From assembly GCA_951406725.2 (NCBI GenBank), contig OX597823.1:18662001-18726000 (forward strand): a stretch of 64,000 nt of DNA. The letters are read 5' to 3'. This document shows positions 1-13,199 of the stretch, one piece after another. Positions within the stretch are counted from its first letter, which is position 1. Each line of letters begins with the position of its first letter. A program made the translations under genes and the position numbers. The notes beneath the pieces are model-generated. The model saw only the letters and a program-made list of their open reading frames with translations. It ran no database searches and was not told the DNA's origin. The stretch comes from Octopus vulgaris (taxonomy: Eukaryota).

Positions 1-395
1 ATACAACTTTGCTTTATTTCTGCTGTCGATAATATATTTAAGATTTCGTATTTTTAGCATTACAACAGCGCTTCCTATTTGGAAATACAATATTAATGTC
101 CGATGGAGCAAAAAAAAAAAAAAAAAGTCATATAGACGCAAAGAAAAACACTTTATTTTCGACCCCCAACTAAGAATATATTTTTATTATTAAAAATAGC
201 TCCCTAGGCTGGAACTTGTGTTCCATCTGAGCAACCTCGGCAGAAATCTGATAATGTACCGAACAGATGTTTAATTCACTGCTTCTGACATAAGATCTTG
301 TGTAAAGGTTTCCCCCTAACATATGTATATTTCTTTCATTTTTGTTGTCGAAAGGTTTATTATTTTTATTTTCGTACTCCCAGTATGTATGCACT

Positions 396-455
<60 letters not shown>

Positions 456-637
456 CACACCCTCATCCATGTTCTTTTAGTTGTTTAAGGTATTGGACTG
501 TGGCCATACTGGGACACCACCTTGAAGGGTTTACACCTGTATTTCTCAGTCATTCTTTTTTATCAGTGGACCCCTTTTATTACTATATTATTCTAATTCC
601 CTACCCCAAAGACATTCAGTTTTTAAAAAAAAACATA

Positions 638-923
638 GGCATAGGAGTGGCTGTGTGGTAAGTAGCTTGCTTACGAACCACATGGTTCCGTGTTCATTCC
701 CACTGCGTGGCACCTTGGGTAAGTGTCTTCTACTATAGCCTCGGGCCGACCAAAGCCTTGTGAGTGGATTTGGTAGACGGAAACTGAAAGAAGCCCGTCG
801 TATATATGTATATATATATATGTGTATGTATGTGTATGTGTATGTATATGCTTGTGTGTCTGTGTTTGTCCCTCCCCGCAACATCGCTTGACAACCGATG
901 TTGGTGTGTTTACGTCCCCGTAA
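638..923 (+). mobile_element. tRNA-derived SINE family A, 3'-truncated
   Basis: A-box-like TGGCTGTGTGG, degenerate B-box, CCTTGGGYAAGT central motif, internal (TA)/(TG) microsatellite after GAAGCCCGTCG; same sequence recurs more than 10 times in the window. Confidence 0.9.
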
Positions 924-1055
924 TCTGGAACTCGACTGAGGAAAGGAAACTCCGAATGACTCGTCCTTGTTTTCTTTGTATCTGGATGTTTTGTTGTCCC
1001 TTTTTTGTATTATCTAACTGTCTTGATGTTTTGCGTTCTTGTTCCATTTTGTATT
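924..1055 (+). mobile_element. 3' fragment of a (TA)n-associated repeat (Penelope-like?)
   Basis: Similar to 44455-44560 (GACTGANGA...CGAATGACYCGTCC...GATGTTTTGCGTTC..CCATTTTGTATT) and to 4233-4262 (minus); all end at (TA)n. Confidence 0.5.
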
Positions 1056-1068
1056 ATATATATATATA

Positions 1069-1386
1069 TTAATTAATCAATTAGGGTAACAAAAAATTCA
1101 ATAGAAATTTATCGCTACCAGCGGTCTAGTGGGAAAGAGAAAATAGTCAAAGACTATATATATAAATTCAACAACAATTAAGGAATGGCCTTAATAGGCC
1201 ATTCGGCCCACTAGAAGAAGCAGCCAGGACTCAAACCGCTAAGTAGTAGTAATTCAGAAATTTTCATTTAATTTCATTTAATTTCATTTTCATTTAATTT
1301 CTGAATTACTACTACTTAGCGGTTTGAGTCCTGGCTGCTTCTTCTAGTGGGCTGAATGGCCTATTAAGGCCATTCCTTAATTGTTG

Positions 1387-1388
<2 letters not shown>
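1069..1388. repeat. Fold-back element between (TA)n tracts; 93-bp inverted arms 1170-1262 and 1296-1388
   Basis: Arms are reverse complements with one mismatch; spacer is a tandem TTCATTTAAT-like repeat; unique leader carries TACCAGCGGT. Confidence 0.9.
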
Positions 1389-1420
<32 letters not shown>

Positions 1421-2345
1421 AAAAAATGAGTAGATATGGCTTTTTGTGGGGGTAATTTTTATTTTAATAACAATGTTTACAATGAGTTACTCTGATTATG
1501 AGTTTCAAGTTTCAAATAGCCGTTTTAAAACTGAAAAATGTATGTTTTACTGGTTGCTTAAATAGCAACAAGAAAAAAAGAAGAAAATGCATGTGTGCGT
1601 GTACAATAATATTACGTAAAGATATGTACAGGAGACATGTGAGCTGGATTTGTTATTTATAACATCGATACAGCCCTCCATCCACCCCGAATGAAGATGA
1701 TAGCTATGACCAAACGACCGAAAACTCATAAAGACTTGCAGTCGCAACTCTTAGTAATCTAATATAACTTCACACAACGTGATGTCACACATTTTGACCA
1801 AAAGTTTATAACAAAAGTAGAAAACAAGTTCAAGATTTAACGTTCTTTACAAATTATAGAGTAAATGAACTTTAAAGAAAAAAACCAGGTGTATAGATTC
1901 TATTCACTATTAAGTTAGTTGACTGTTAGTTGACTGTAGCAGAGAAATCTAGGACAGAAAGGCTATATCTAAGACTTCATACATTAGTTGTTATCCAAAG
2001 AATGTATTGGGTGTCATTTGTGATTTTCTTGACTCTTCTTTCGTGAAGGCATTCACGATAGCAGGATTGCCATGTTGAAGAAGCTTCTCTTAACCTTATT
2101 TCGAGCTCTTTGTTAGGATCATTCTGAGAAAACTGGTCATTCTGAGAAAACCGGTCATTCTGAATAGGTTATTCCTATAATCTTGGCGATGCTTTCGTCT
2201 TTATATTTGGTTTGCAAAATTCATGACTGATGTGAACTCGTGTGTTGAAACAGATTTTGTTGTATTTTGGGGTGAGTCATTAGGCCAATGATAAACACAC
2301 GCTCTGGTTCTATTTCACTTCTTTTATTATTATTGGTTAACTAAT

Positions 2346-2645
2346 AACGGTGAGCTGGCAGAATTTTTAGCACGTAGGACGCCATGCTTAGCGGCATTTC
2401 ATCCAACTTTTTACGGTCTGGGTTCAAATTTCACCGAGGTCAGCTTTACCTTTCGACGGGGTAGATAAAATAAATACCTATTTCTTTACTACTCACAAGG
2501 GGCTAAACAGAGAGGACAAACAAGGACAGACAAACGGATTAAGTCGATTATATCGACTCCAGTGCGTAACTGGTACTTAATTTATCGACCCCGAAAGAAT
2601 GAAAGGCAAAGTCGACCTCGGCGGAATTTGAACACATAACGTAAC
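2346..2645. mobile_element. SINE B (+, degenerate) with a nested antisense SINE B monomer (2479-2645)
   Basis: GAGCTGGCAGAA head and GGGTTCAAATT B-box, then the reverse complement of the ...AAAGAAATA-tailed monomer. Confidence 0.8.
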
Positions 2646-3145
2646 GCGAGGCGACCATCTGACCACTGGGTGCGATATATTCGATCTTCACTCGTATCAA
2701 AATTTGAAACAACTATTATCAGCCAGTTAATTAATCACTTAACCAATTAACTAATCGATTGTTTCATTAATTGTTCGGCCAATTAATCAATCAGCTAGGT
2801 TCGTCCAGAGTCCCTTCGTCGTCTTTCGCGACCTCGTTGATGACATGTCCGCTTTGTTACGACTTCAGCATTCAGCAGTAAGAGTTCGTTGAAGCGTTAC
2901 TAGTTAAGGGTATTCAGGTTCAATTCTGGATTTGTCACTATGTCAAAAATTCCTGCTGTTCTTCGAGGACGTTCACTTTTGTGAATTTATTTATCTATTT
3001 CAATATCCTCAGCAGTTAATACTAAAGTTGTGCATTCTGCAGTCATATCGGAAATAATAGAATTAAAGCTGTCGACGATTTTGACAGCAGTAATATTAGT
3101 ATGAGAGATATGTGTGCGTGAGTGTGCGCGCGCGTGGGTACTCAC

Positions 3146-3183
<38 letters not shown>

Positions 3184-4107
3184 ACACATAAGCACATAAG
3201 CACTCTAACACTGAGCCAATTTGTCGCCTATAGTTGGAGTGATTCAGCAGTTATGTGTGTGTGTGTGTATAAGCATACATACATACACACACACATACAT
3301 AGGCACACACACACACATATATATATATATACACACACATACCCACAGACACACTCACACAGGCATACACAGACTTAATACACATGCATACACAGACTTA
3401 ATACATATACATGCATACAAACACACGCGCACACACACACACACACATACTCTCTCTCTCTCTCTCTCTCTCTAAACTTTCGATATGAATAGAAAAAAAT
3501 ACATGTGTTTATAAATGAATGGAATGGAATGGCTTAGCCACATAATAGGTTTTTACGTGTGTGTTTTCTCTTTTGTCCTGTGTTTTTTTCCGTTTTTACT
3601 TTGAATGTTTTTTTTTTTTTTGTATATATAGTCTATTATTAAACAATTATGAAAGAAAACAAAAAACAAAATGGAGTCCGTTGAATGTTACAATATAAAA
3701 CTATAAAACAACGTAGAAATACCATGTGGCTTTCGTACATGCGTCTATATGTCGGTATGCAGGTATGTAGATGATATATATATATATACGAGTGTGTATA
3801 AATATGATTCACGTAACACCTACATACTCGCATGATTCTTGATATTTCTGTGTATCCGTTTGACAAGTCTATACTTAATAAAACCTCATGACTGTCTTTC
3901 TTCGAAGCAAGGCAAACGCACAGTTTTTTTATTAATTTTAGGTACGTTTTACTCTTCTTTTTTGTTTTTGTTTGTTTGTTTGTTATGCTGTTGATAAGCA
4001 TTGTAGAATGTGTCAACAAGTTTTAAGAATTTCAACCGGCTGAAACGGCTGACACGTCTCATACCCAATGTCTTCTTAGTTTGGTATATGTATGTGTGTG
4101 TGTGTGC

Positions 4108-4188
<81 letters not shown>

Positions 4189-4438
4189 CGTGTGTATATG
4201 TATACGTACGCATATACATATATATATATATATAATACAAAATGGGACAACAAAACATCCAGGTGTATGCATGTATGTATGTATGTACAGATAGATAGAT
4301 AGATAGATATGTGTATAAATGCATTCATATATATATATACATATACATATGTATGGGTATATATATATCTGTTTTAAATTTCCTCTATTTACATAATATT
4401 GAGGTCTTTTTCTTTCTTTTGTTATCTTACCGTTTTTA

Positions 4439-4517
<79 letters not shown>

Positions 4518-4676
4518 CATACATATAAGAGGGAATTTTACCGCTATGTGGAAACCCTTATGCTAGAAGACGATCCGCTATGGTCTTAACCACTAAGAAT
4601 TGTTCTCTAGAAAATTTAGCAAACACCAGAAACGTAAGCGAGCAAGACAAATGAAAAGTAACAAACATATAGATTA

Positions 4677-4753
4677 ATCATAAGCAAATGTTTCACTATC
4701 AACAAATTACGTAATTTTACTTACATAATTTATCTTTAGATCTTCAGTATGAC
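4677..4753 (-). ncRNA. Degenerate type I hammerhead ribozyme-like motif with long stem II
   Basis: Minus strand GTCATA-CTGAAGA-[hairpin ATAAATTATGTAA/TTACGTAATTTGT]-GAAA-CATTTG-CT-TATGAT; stem I 6 bp; cleavage triplet non-canonical. Confidence 0.5.
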
Positions 4754-5116
4754 CGTCTTTACAAATATAATTAGCAGAACTACACGCCAGACATCAACAC
4801 GTTGTCGAAAATGCATTTAGTTCTACATATTACACTTGTGGTTATTTTTCAAAAGTCTTCGCTTTGGCGCGCTAAATTAGCGGAAATAATACTGCATAAA
4901 ATAATTCATTGCAGTAGCCTTTGCCGGTTTGAGAGCGTATTAATTTATAATTAAAATTAAAATTAGGGTGAAAAATTGGATATTAATTTGATAACATCAA
5001 TTTTAACACCAGTGGTCTAGGATATAAAAAAAAACTGAGGTTCTGGCGTGTAGGTCTGCAAATTATATTCGTATAGACGATCATACTGAAGATCTACAGA
5101 TAAATTATGTAAGTAA
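4717..5116. repeat. Inverted repeat, ~75-bp arms (4717-4791 / 5042-5116), 250-bp spacer
   Basis: Arms are reverse complements with a few substitutions; arms include the 5' half of the hammerhead motif. Confidence 0.85.
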
Positions 5117-5275
5117 TTCGAGCGGTTCCAAGCAGTGCTGTTTTCTGCAAGTGCTCCACCCTTATTGCAGCCCCTATTTGTTCCAAGTACTTCTCAAGAT
5201 TTTTACTCACTGTTCCTAGGGCTCTGACAATTATTAGTATTACTACCATCTTTTTCATCGACCACAAATGCTTAA
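5117..5275 (-). mobile_element. R4/Dong-like (RLE) non-LTR retrotransposon C-terminal fragment
   Basis: Translates EIKHLWSMKKMVVILIIVRALGTVSKNLEKYLEQIG...LQKTALLGTARI, the typical end of the restriction-like endonuclease domain. Confidence 0.85.
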
Positions 5276-5413
5276 TCTCCCAAAGAATGAAAAGCAAAAT
5301 CGACCATGGCGGAATTTGAACTCAGAGCGTAGCGACAGACGAAATATCACTAAGCATTTCTCCCGACGAGCTAACGATTCTGCCAAGTCACCACCTTTTA
5401 ATAATACTAATAC

Positions 5414-5472
<59 letters not shown>

Positions 5473-5754
5473 GCTAGCTCAGATACCAGGAAAACCCAAA
5501 ATGGCAAAAATTCAAAAGATAGTGCTCATGGGAACTGCCCATATCCTACGTAAAATACTGTCTATGTAATTTGAAATTTCAAAACTCATATTTTTTTATG
5601 TTTCTTAAACATTCTCTAGAACAATACTATGTGCAAAACCAAATATGTGACACCCTATGCATAATACCAACATGAACTTCTAACTTTCTGTCTCTTGAGG
5701 TCTTCGGGTGAGACTTGGGAGCCAACTTGTACAAATACAAAGCAAAAGTCAAAC

Positions 5755-5757
<3 letters not shown>
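5473..5757 (+). mobile_element. R4/Dong-like LINE 3' end plus 3'UTR inserted in (TAA)n
   Basis: PGKPKMAKIQKIVLMGTAHILRKILSM* followed by UTR; flanked on both sides by (TAA)n. Confidence 0.8.
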
Positions 5758-5830
<73 letters not shown>

Positions 5831-5833
<3 letters not shown>

Positions 5834-6130
5834 GGACGAAAATTAAAAAAATACAATCCCTTAGAATTTGAAATCGGAGGAATTTGGAGTATGAAAAATG
5901 CAATTGTCCTGCCTATAATAATTGATCCATTGGGAATAGAAAGCAAAGATGTAGACAAATGACTGAAGGAGATTGAAATAGAATGCCCTGCCGAGCTCCT
6001 ACAGGAAGTTTGTGTCTTAGGGACAGCAAGGATCATCAAGAGAGTTCTAAGCACTTGAAAGCCTACTGGAAACTTTTGTATATTTAAGGTTAAAGGCAGT
6101 AACCCGCGACCCATATAAATCCTACCAGGA
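5831..6130 (+). mobile_element. Third R4/Dong-like LINE C-terminal fragment
   Basis: [32 protein letters not shown]...[20 protein letters not shown] with one internal stop. Confidence 0.85.
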
Positions 6131-6293
6131 ATAAGAGCGAACTTCTGTACAACCAAAATAGTGTAATATAAATAAAATGTCAAATGCTTTGATGCGTGAC
6201 TTTTGACCCACCCTGTATACACACACACACACACACACACATACATATATGTATGTATGTACGTATATATATATATGTATGTATGTACGTATA

Positions 6294-6326
<33 letters not shown>

Positions 6327-6341
6327 ATATATATATGTATG

Positions 6342-6480
<139 letters not shown>

Positions 6481-6924
6481 CAAACACACGCACAAACACA
6501 CACTTCCAGGTGTAGCAGTAAGTCACTCACATTTCATACAAAGGAGTCGGCTCGGATTAGCAGATTAAATGCTAAAATATAAATATATAATAAAAATGAA
6601 AAGTTTCGACGCTGCACCTATACACTAGTCTCTCTCTCCTAGAAATAAGGTATAATCAAACATGGGGGGAAAAAATGGTGTCATTATTTCCAGATATATG
6701 TCTGTATGTCAAAAGATAAAAGACCATTTATCTCATAAAATTCAGAAGGGATTTTTGTGGGAATGTATGAGTGACTATAAAATAATAATGAATAGAGAAG
6801 GAACTATAGAAAATATATGTAAAAATGAACAGATCTATGACCAAGTAATCCATCTACATGTGCTATTTTAAATATCAAAGGAATTGCTCACTTGAATCTA
6901 ATTGCCTACAAAATGAAATAAAAT

Positions 6925-6972
<48 letters not shown>

Positions 6973-6991
6973 TACACATACATATGTACAT

Positions 6992-7271
6992 ATGCAGATC
7001 AGGCCGAAAATGTCGCCAGAAGCTAGGATCACCAAGCATAGATTGGCATATTTCGGTCATATTATGCGGAGAAAATCCCTGGAGAAGGACATCATGCTCG
7101 GAATGGTCAGTGGCAAGAGAGGAAGAGGCCGACCAAGAACCCGCTGGCTTGACACCATCAAGAGGGATACCGGAATGGACATAGCCAATCTGAAAGAAGC
7201 GGCGCAGGATAGAACTGACTAAAGGAGACTGATCCAACGAGTGACCGAGAGTCGACTTCGACTGAGCGGAT
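6992..7271 (+). mobile_element. RTE-clade (BovB-like) LINE 3' fragment
   Basis: [38 protein letters not shown]...AAQDR; 3' terminal GAGTCGACTTCGACTGAGCG followed by (TAGA)n. Confidence 0.9.
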
Positions 7272-7345
7272 AGATAGATAGATGTACATATGCAAATATA
7301 TATACATAGTATACATACATACATATATACATACATATGTACATA

Positions 7346-7480
<135 letters not shown>

Positions 7481-8064
7481 CCACAACGCAACAAATATAT
7501 AATTTATATGACTTACTTCAAACGCGTTCAAAACGCTCAGCAACCAGTATATCTTTGTATTTCATAACATTAACAGTTGTAAAGACACTTCATTATCTTC
7601 CTTTATATGTGCTCTGAAAAGTAGATAGAAAGCATGTGATATAAAACGAAGCTTCATCAATAGAGCGGGTTTTCACTATGGTAACAGAAAGCGCTGTAAC
7701 TTATGTACAGCAGAAAAATTCGAAATATTTTTTTGTATACGGGGTGGGTCATTACAGCATTAATAAACAAACGCCACTAGTTCTATTCTGCTTTTTTATT
7801 TGTCAAGTGGTTGACCATATACCAACTGAAAAATAATAAAGGAAGTGAAATACAGCCAGTGTATGTGTTTATTGGCATAATTATCTTCCCCTTATACAAC
7901 AAAATGTTTCAGCACACAAGTTCAGACTATAATGTCTGCAAACCAAATGCAATCGAAATGTTCAAAATTATAATTTTCTGAAAAATATAAAAAGTACATT
8001 AATAAACACCCTGAGCGAACTACAGTATATCCACACAAAAATATAAAAAATATATAAATATATA

Positions 8065-8428
8065 GGTGCAGGCGTGGCTGCGTGGTAAGAAGTTTGCTTC
8101 TCAACCACATGGTTCCGGGTTCAGTCCCACTTCGTGACACCTTTCTACTATAGCTCCCAAACTAACCAAAGCTTTGCGAGTGGATTTGTCAGACGGAAAC
8201 TGAATGAAGCCCATCGAGTGTGTATGTGTTTGTCCCCCGTCACTGCTTGGCAAGCGGCGTTGGTGTCTTCACGTGACTGTAAATTAACATTTTATCATAA
8301 GATATACACATAGAATAAGTTCCAAGTTTAAGAAAAAAAGAAATTTTTCGACGAAAGCCTTCAAGGCGGTGCCCCCAAAATGGCCGCAGTCTAACGATTG
8401 AAGCCCGTTTAAAGATAAAAGATAAAGA
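8065..8428 (+). mobile_element. SINE A
   Basis: GGTGCAGGCGTGGCTGCGTGG head through the ATGGCCGCAGTC tail. Confidence 0.85.
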
Positions 8429-8592
8429 TTTACCCACCCTCCCATGCTATAGCTAGAAATTATATTTGGGCCAAAAATACATTTCAACTCCGTATTTGAA
8501 TTATTTCCCACCTACAAAGCCCGTAGAAAATTTCATACGTTCCATCTGATATACGAATAACCGGTCATGTGTATATTCATATCATCGTATTC

Positions 8593-8653
<61 letters not shown>

Positions 8654-8874
8654 GTGTGTATGTATGTATGTATATATACGGTTTCAGGATCAGGGTCACG
8701 TGTTCGCCCAGCGTGAATGTTACAAAAATGGAGGTCATCATAATTATAAACACAGCGAGTCAAAATATACATACATTAGTTACATTTCCCGAAGTTAATT
8801 ACCGATCCATTTATTCCGCTACTCCTGACATTTACACATCATATTCACTATTTGTATCAACGTTAATACCACAA

Positions 8875-8983
8875 CAGCGTTGTGGTTGAGGAGTCCGCCT
8901 GGCAGCCACGAGGTTTCGGGTTTAATTCCTCTGCACGGCACCATGCGCAAGTGTCTTTTACAACATTCCTTGGTTGTGTGTGT

Positions 8984-9058
<75 letters not shown>

Positions 9059-9270
9059 GCCATGTTTGTCTTCACTTCCACACGTTTGACAACCGATGTT
9101 GGTTTGTAGATGCCCCATAACTTAGCGGTTTCGGCAAAAGCGACCGATGGAATAAGTGCCTCGTTTCAAAGAAATAAATACACAAATAAGTTCTGCGGTC
9201 GATCTATTCTACTAAAACCCTTTCAAAGTGGAGCCCCAGAATGGCCGCACTCCAATGACTGAAATGATAG
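8875..9270 (+). mobile_element. SINE A, degenerate
   Basis: Diverged head, internal (TG)n, TAACTTAGCGGTTTCGGCAAAAG and ATGGCCGCA tail motifs. Confidence 0.7.
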
Positions 9271-9293
9271 ATAACATAACATTTAAGCTGTCT

Positions 9294-10075
9294 AAGGCAA
9301 CAAGCTGACAGAATCGTTAGCACGCCGGACAAAATGCTTTGTCACATTTCGTCCGGCCTTACATTCTAGATTCAAATTCCGCCGAATTCGACTTTGTCTT
9401 TCATCATTTCAGAGTCAATACATTAAGTACAAAAGGCGGCGAGCTGGCAGAAACGTTAGCACACCGGGCGAAATGCTTAGCGGTATTTCGTCTGTTTTTA
9501 CGTTCTGAGTTCAAATTCCGCCGAGGTCAACTTTGCCTTTCATCCTTTCGGGGTCGATAAATTAAGTACTAGTTACGCACTGGGGTCGATGTTGTTGACT
9601 TAATCCCTTTGTCTGTCCTTGTTTGTCCCCTCTATGTTTAACCCCCTTGTGGGCAATAAAGAAATAAGAAACGTTAGCACGCCGGGCGAAATGCTTAGCG
9701 GTATTTCGTCTGCCTTTACGTTCTGAGTTCAAATTCCACCGAAGCGGACTTTACCTTTTATCCTTTCAGGGTCGATAAATTAAGTACCAGTTACGTACTG
9801 GGGTCGATCAAATCGACTGCCCTCCCTCTCCTCAAAAATTTTAGGCCTTGTGCCTAGAGTAGAAAAGAATATATTAAGACGGCGAGCTGGCAGAAACGTT
9901 AGCACGCCAGGTGAAATGCTTAGCGCTATTTCGTCTGTCTTTACGTTCTGAGTTCAAATTCCACCGAGGCGGACTTTACCTTTTATCCTTTCAGGGTCGA
10001 TTAAACTAAGTACCAGTTGCGTACTGGAGTCGATCTAATCGACTGCCCACCCCCCCTCAAAAATTTTGGGCCCTC
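9294..10075 (+). mobile_element. Tandem cluster of SINE B copies (four core units)
   Basis: Repeated GAGCTGGCAGAAACGTTAGCAC...GAGTTCAAATTCC...CCTTTCATCCTTTCGGGGTCGATAAATTAAGTAC. Confidence 0.9.
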
Positions 10076-10363
10076 CCCACGAAATCAATATTTAACTTTT
10101 CTTATTCCGCAACAATGGCATTTCTTACCTTTTCAAAACGATTACATACATAATAGAAATACATTTCTGTTTTTATGAAAAAGATGATAGATTCCGAAAG
10201 ATCTTTTAATGTAAAAATCAAACACAAACTATTGACTAAAATGTCAACAACGAAAATTAACTGACAAGTTTCATTGTATCAACCTTCTCTTTCTTCCTTC
10301 CTTTCTTTCTTTCTTTCTTTCCTTCTCTAACTACTACTACTACTACTGTTATTATTATTTTTA

Positions 10364-10419
<56 letters not shown>

Positions 10420-10581
10420 TATAAACGCTTACAATTTCTTATAAGAAACCCCTCCCAATTTTCATGAAAAGCAGAAACTTATAAATTGGAATAATAACAA
10501 AATGACAACAATAACCTTCCATTTTTAGAAAAAAAATAAATAATACAATGAATAGCATTTAAACATAAACTTTCAGCTATG

Positions 10582-10639
<58 letters not shown>

Positions 10640-11372
10640 TTATGTTTCAGTTTTATATTTCAAGGGTGTATAACGATTTAACTTTAAACCTGGAAAGCTT
10701 TCGTAAGCATCACCAAATGTTATGCTTGCTGATTTCTCCGAATGACCGAAGTGGTGTCCCTCACTGTGCAGGCGAAATCACACCGAAACACCGGCGCCTG
10801 ACAGTCTACCGGCATCATCTGGAGTGCCTGGTTTTTAACACACAAAGTCTCTTAGGAGTTGTTCCCCGAGACTAAATCTTACAGTGAACTCCTTACATAT
10901 GTGTGTGTGTATGTATGTATGTGTGTGTAAGCGTGTGTATGTATGCGAGTGCGTACGTGCGTGTGTGTGTGTGAGTTTGTCTGTGTCTGTGTGTGTTTGT
11001 GTATATGTGTCTCTGTGTGTGTGAGTGTGTTTGAGCTTACAGCTTAGAAATTCTTCTTCCTGCACTATGTTGCACCATGCAGGAAGCAAACACTTCCAAA
11101 ATGGCCACTTGAAGAAGTATTCGTGTGTAATTTATTTGTCTAATAATCGTTTGATATCAAAGTTATATCATGTAACCCTTTGATGTCTGAATACGTTATC
11201 CGACAGTATTTATTATAAGTCTTGGAAATTATACGAGATATACACTTCGCTATTACTTATACTGAGTTACCTCTACTTGTCTCGTGTAATTCATACTACA
11301 GGTGTGTGTGTATACATACATAAATACATACATACATAAATACATACATACATACATACATACATACATACA

Positions 11373-11404
<32 letters not shown>

Positions 11405-11405
<1 letters not shown>

Positions 11406-11788
11406 CTTTATATATAAAAGTAAGGTTGTGTGTCTGTCTCCTACGATTTAGATTCCTAACTACTCCCACATTTTGCGGTGCAGTTTAACCAAAACCGGGT
11501 ATCTTATAGTCGTGATTCATATCGAGCCCTTCTGGGTATTAGCGCGCGTCTACGATTTAAAAAAAAATTACCATAATTTTTTTCCATTTTAATGCATTTT
11601 TTCGCTATTATATAAGGGAAGTAACTCTCTAAAAATGTCTACGATGAGTCAACGATTTAAAAAAATTTACCATCATTTTTTGTTCATTTTTAATGCATTT
11701 TTTTGCTATTTTTTGGCTATAACTCTCTAAAAATGCTTATATAGTTATTTCCCTTACAAACCCGAGCAACGCCGGGCGATACTGCTAG
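11405..11788 (+). mobile_element. Non-autonomous Helitron
   Basis: A|TC 5' end (TCTTTATATATAAAAG), subterminal hairpin CCCGAGCAACGCCGGG, CTAG|T 3' end; second copy at 41240-41537. Confidence 0.9.
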
Positions 11789-11892
11789 TTTATACATATG
11801 AGACACGTTTTGCAAAACTAAAACATCTGCAGCAGAAGAAAGAGACCAGTAACTATCTTATCCAAGATTGTGACTATGAAATCAATAACATA

Positions 11893-12264
11893 TGGAAGCA
11901 CTCCGTCGGTTACGACGATGAGGGTTCCGGTTGATCCGAATCAACGGAACAGCCTGCTCGTGAAATTAACGTGTAAGTGGCTGAGCACTCCACAGACACG
12001 TGTACCCTTAACGTAGTTCTCGGGGATATTCAGCATGACACAGAGAGTGACAAGGCCGGCCCTTTGAAGTACAGGTACAACAGAAACAGGAAGTAAGAGT
12101 GAGAGAAAGTTGTGGTGAAAGAGTACAGCAGGGATCACCACCATCCCCTGCCGGAGCCTCGTGGAGCTTTTAGGTGTTTTCGCTCAATAAACACTCACAA
12201 CGCCCGGTCTGGGAATCGAAACCGCGATCCTATGACCGCGATTCCGCTGCCCTAACCACTAGGA
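11893..12264 (-). mobile_element. SINE C (tRNA-Arg-like head) with 18-bp TSD
   Basis: TSD TATGAAATCAATAACATA at 11875-11892 and 12265-12282; matches 34676-35060. Confidence 0.95.
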
Positions 12265-12770
12265 TATGAAATCAATAACATAATTAGGATAGTGAATGAA
12301 CTTGGAGATAGGTATAAAATAGAGCTGATACAGATCTCTCTCCCCAAGGAACATTAGTAAAATATATTTATCAGAAGAACAAAATTTTTAAAGAAATGGA
12401 CCAGTTCTCTTAGTAGATAGTACGTGGGTACTTGGCACGAAAAACACAAACCATAGAAGGGATTGATCATAGGAAGCGCTTGGAATAGGGTACTAATAAG
12501 TTTATGATGTCCCACTTTGAAGGCTCCCTCCACGCAGTTCAAGATCAAGAGATCCCCACCATCAAGTGACTACAGCGTAAGAGACAAAAAATGTTGCCAG
12601 GCAATAAATGTATGTTGTGCAAGACGAAGACTGAAGACATCAATCATATTATTGCCAACTGTGAGAGAATGACTTCTAGATATTATCTCCCCTTGAGGCA
12701 CGATTCAGTGACCAGACCAGTCTGGAGCAGGATAACAAAAAAAGAAAACCTCTACAGACGAATTTAACTG

Positions 12771-13199
12771 GGATCTTTTCGGTTTGAACGGCAGTTTTTA
12801 ACATAATTTCTAGGTAACTAAAAAAATTTGAAACTTCGTATACTGGTAGAATGTGTTTATAAAACATCTTTTTCTCTTGGCTTTATTGAGAAAATTCTAT
12901 AGTTTGTAAGATATTTGTTGTTTTTTTTCTTCAATTTCTGCAATTTCAACCAATCACTGACGTCCATTGAGGTAAAAAAAACATTCTGTGTCGTATGAAT
13001 ATGTCCCTTGTTTAAGAAACAGATTGAGATTATTTACATTTGTGAAGAAAAAAAGATACCCTTCCCCCCACCCTAACCCTAACTAACCCTACGCCTAAAA
13101 TAGATTGAAATGCAATAGATCGATATTAGAGTCATAATTATGGGTGACAATTTCATATGACACCGCTAGAAAAAACTGTCGTTCAAACCGAAAAGATCC
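12771..13199. mobile_element. Merlin-like MITE, 29-bp TIRs, 8-bp TSD
   Basis: TIR GGATCTTTTCGGTTTGAACGRCAGTTTTT at both ends; TSD TTTAACTG at 12763-12770 and 13200-13207; GG..CC termini with 8-bp TSD fit Merlin (superfamily call is inference). Confidence 0.85.

Noticed and set aside
2222-2265. CTGATGT...GAAACAG hammerhead-like string
   Set aside because: Core mismatch and no stem I pairing
10650-10875. Unique GC-richer stretch with a possible small exon
   Set aside because: No recognisable peptide; splice signals ambiguous
13071-13098. Interstitial telomere as a chromosome-fusion mark
   Set aside because: Only a few imperfect units, located inside a MITE
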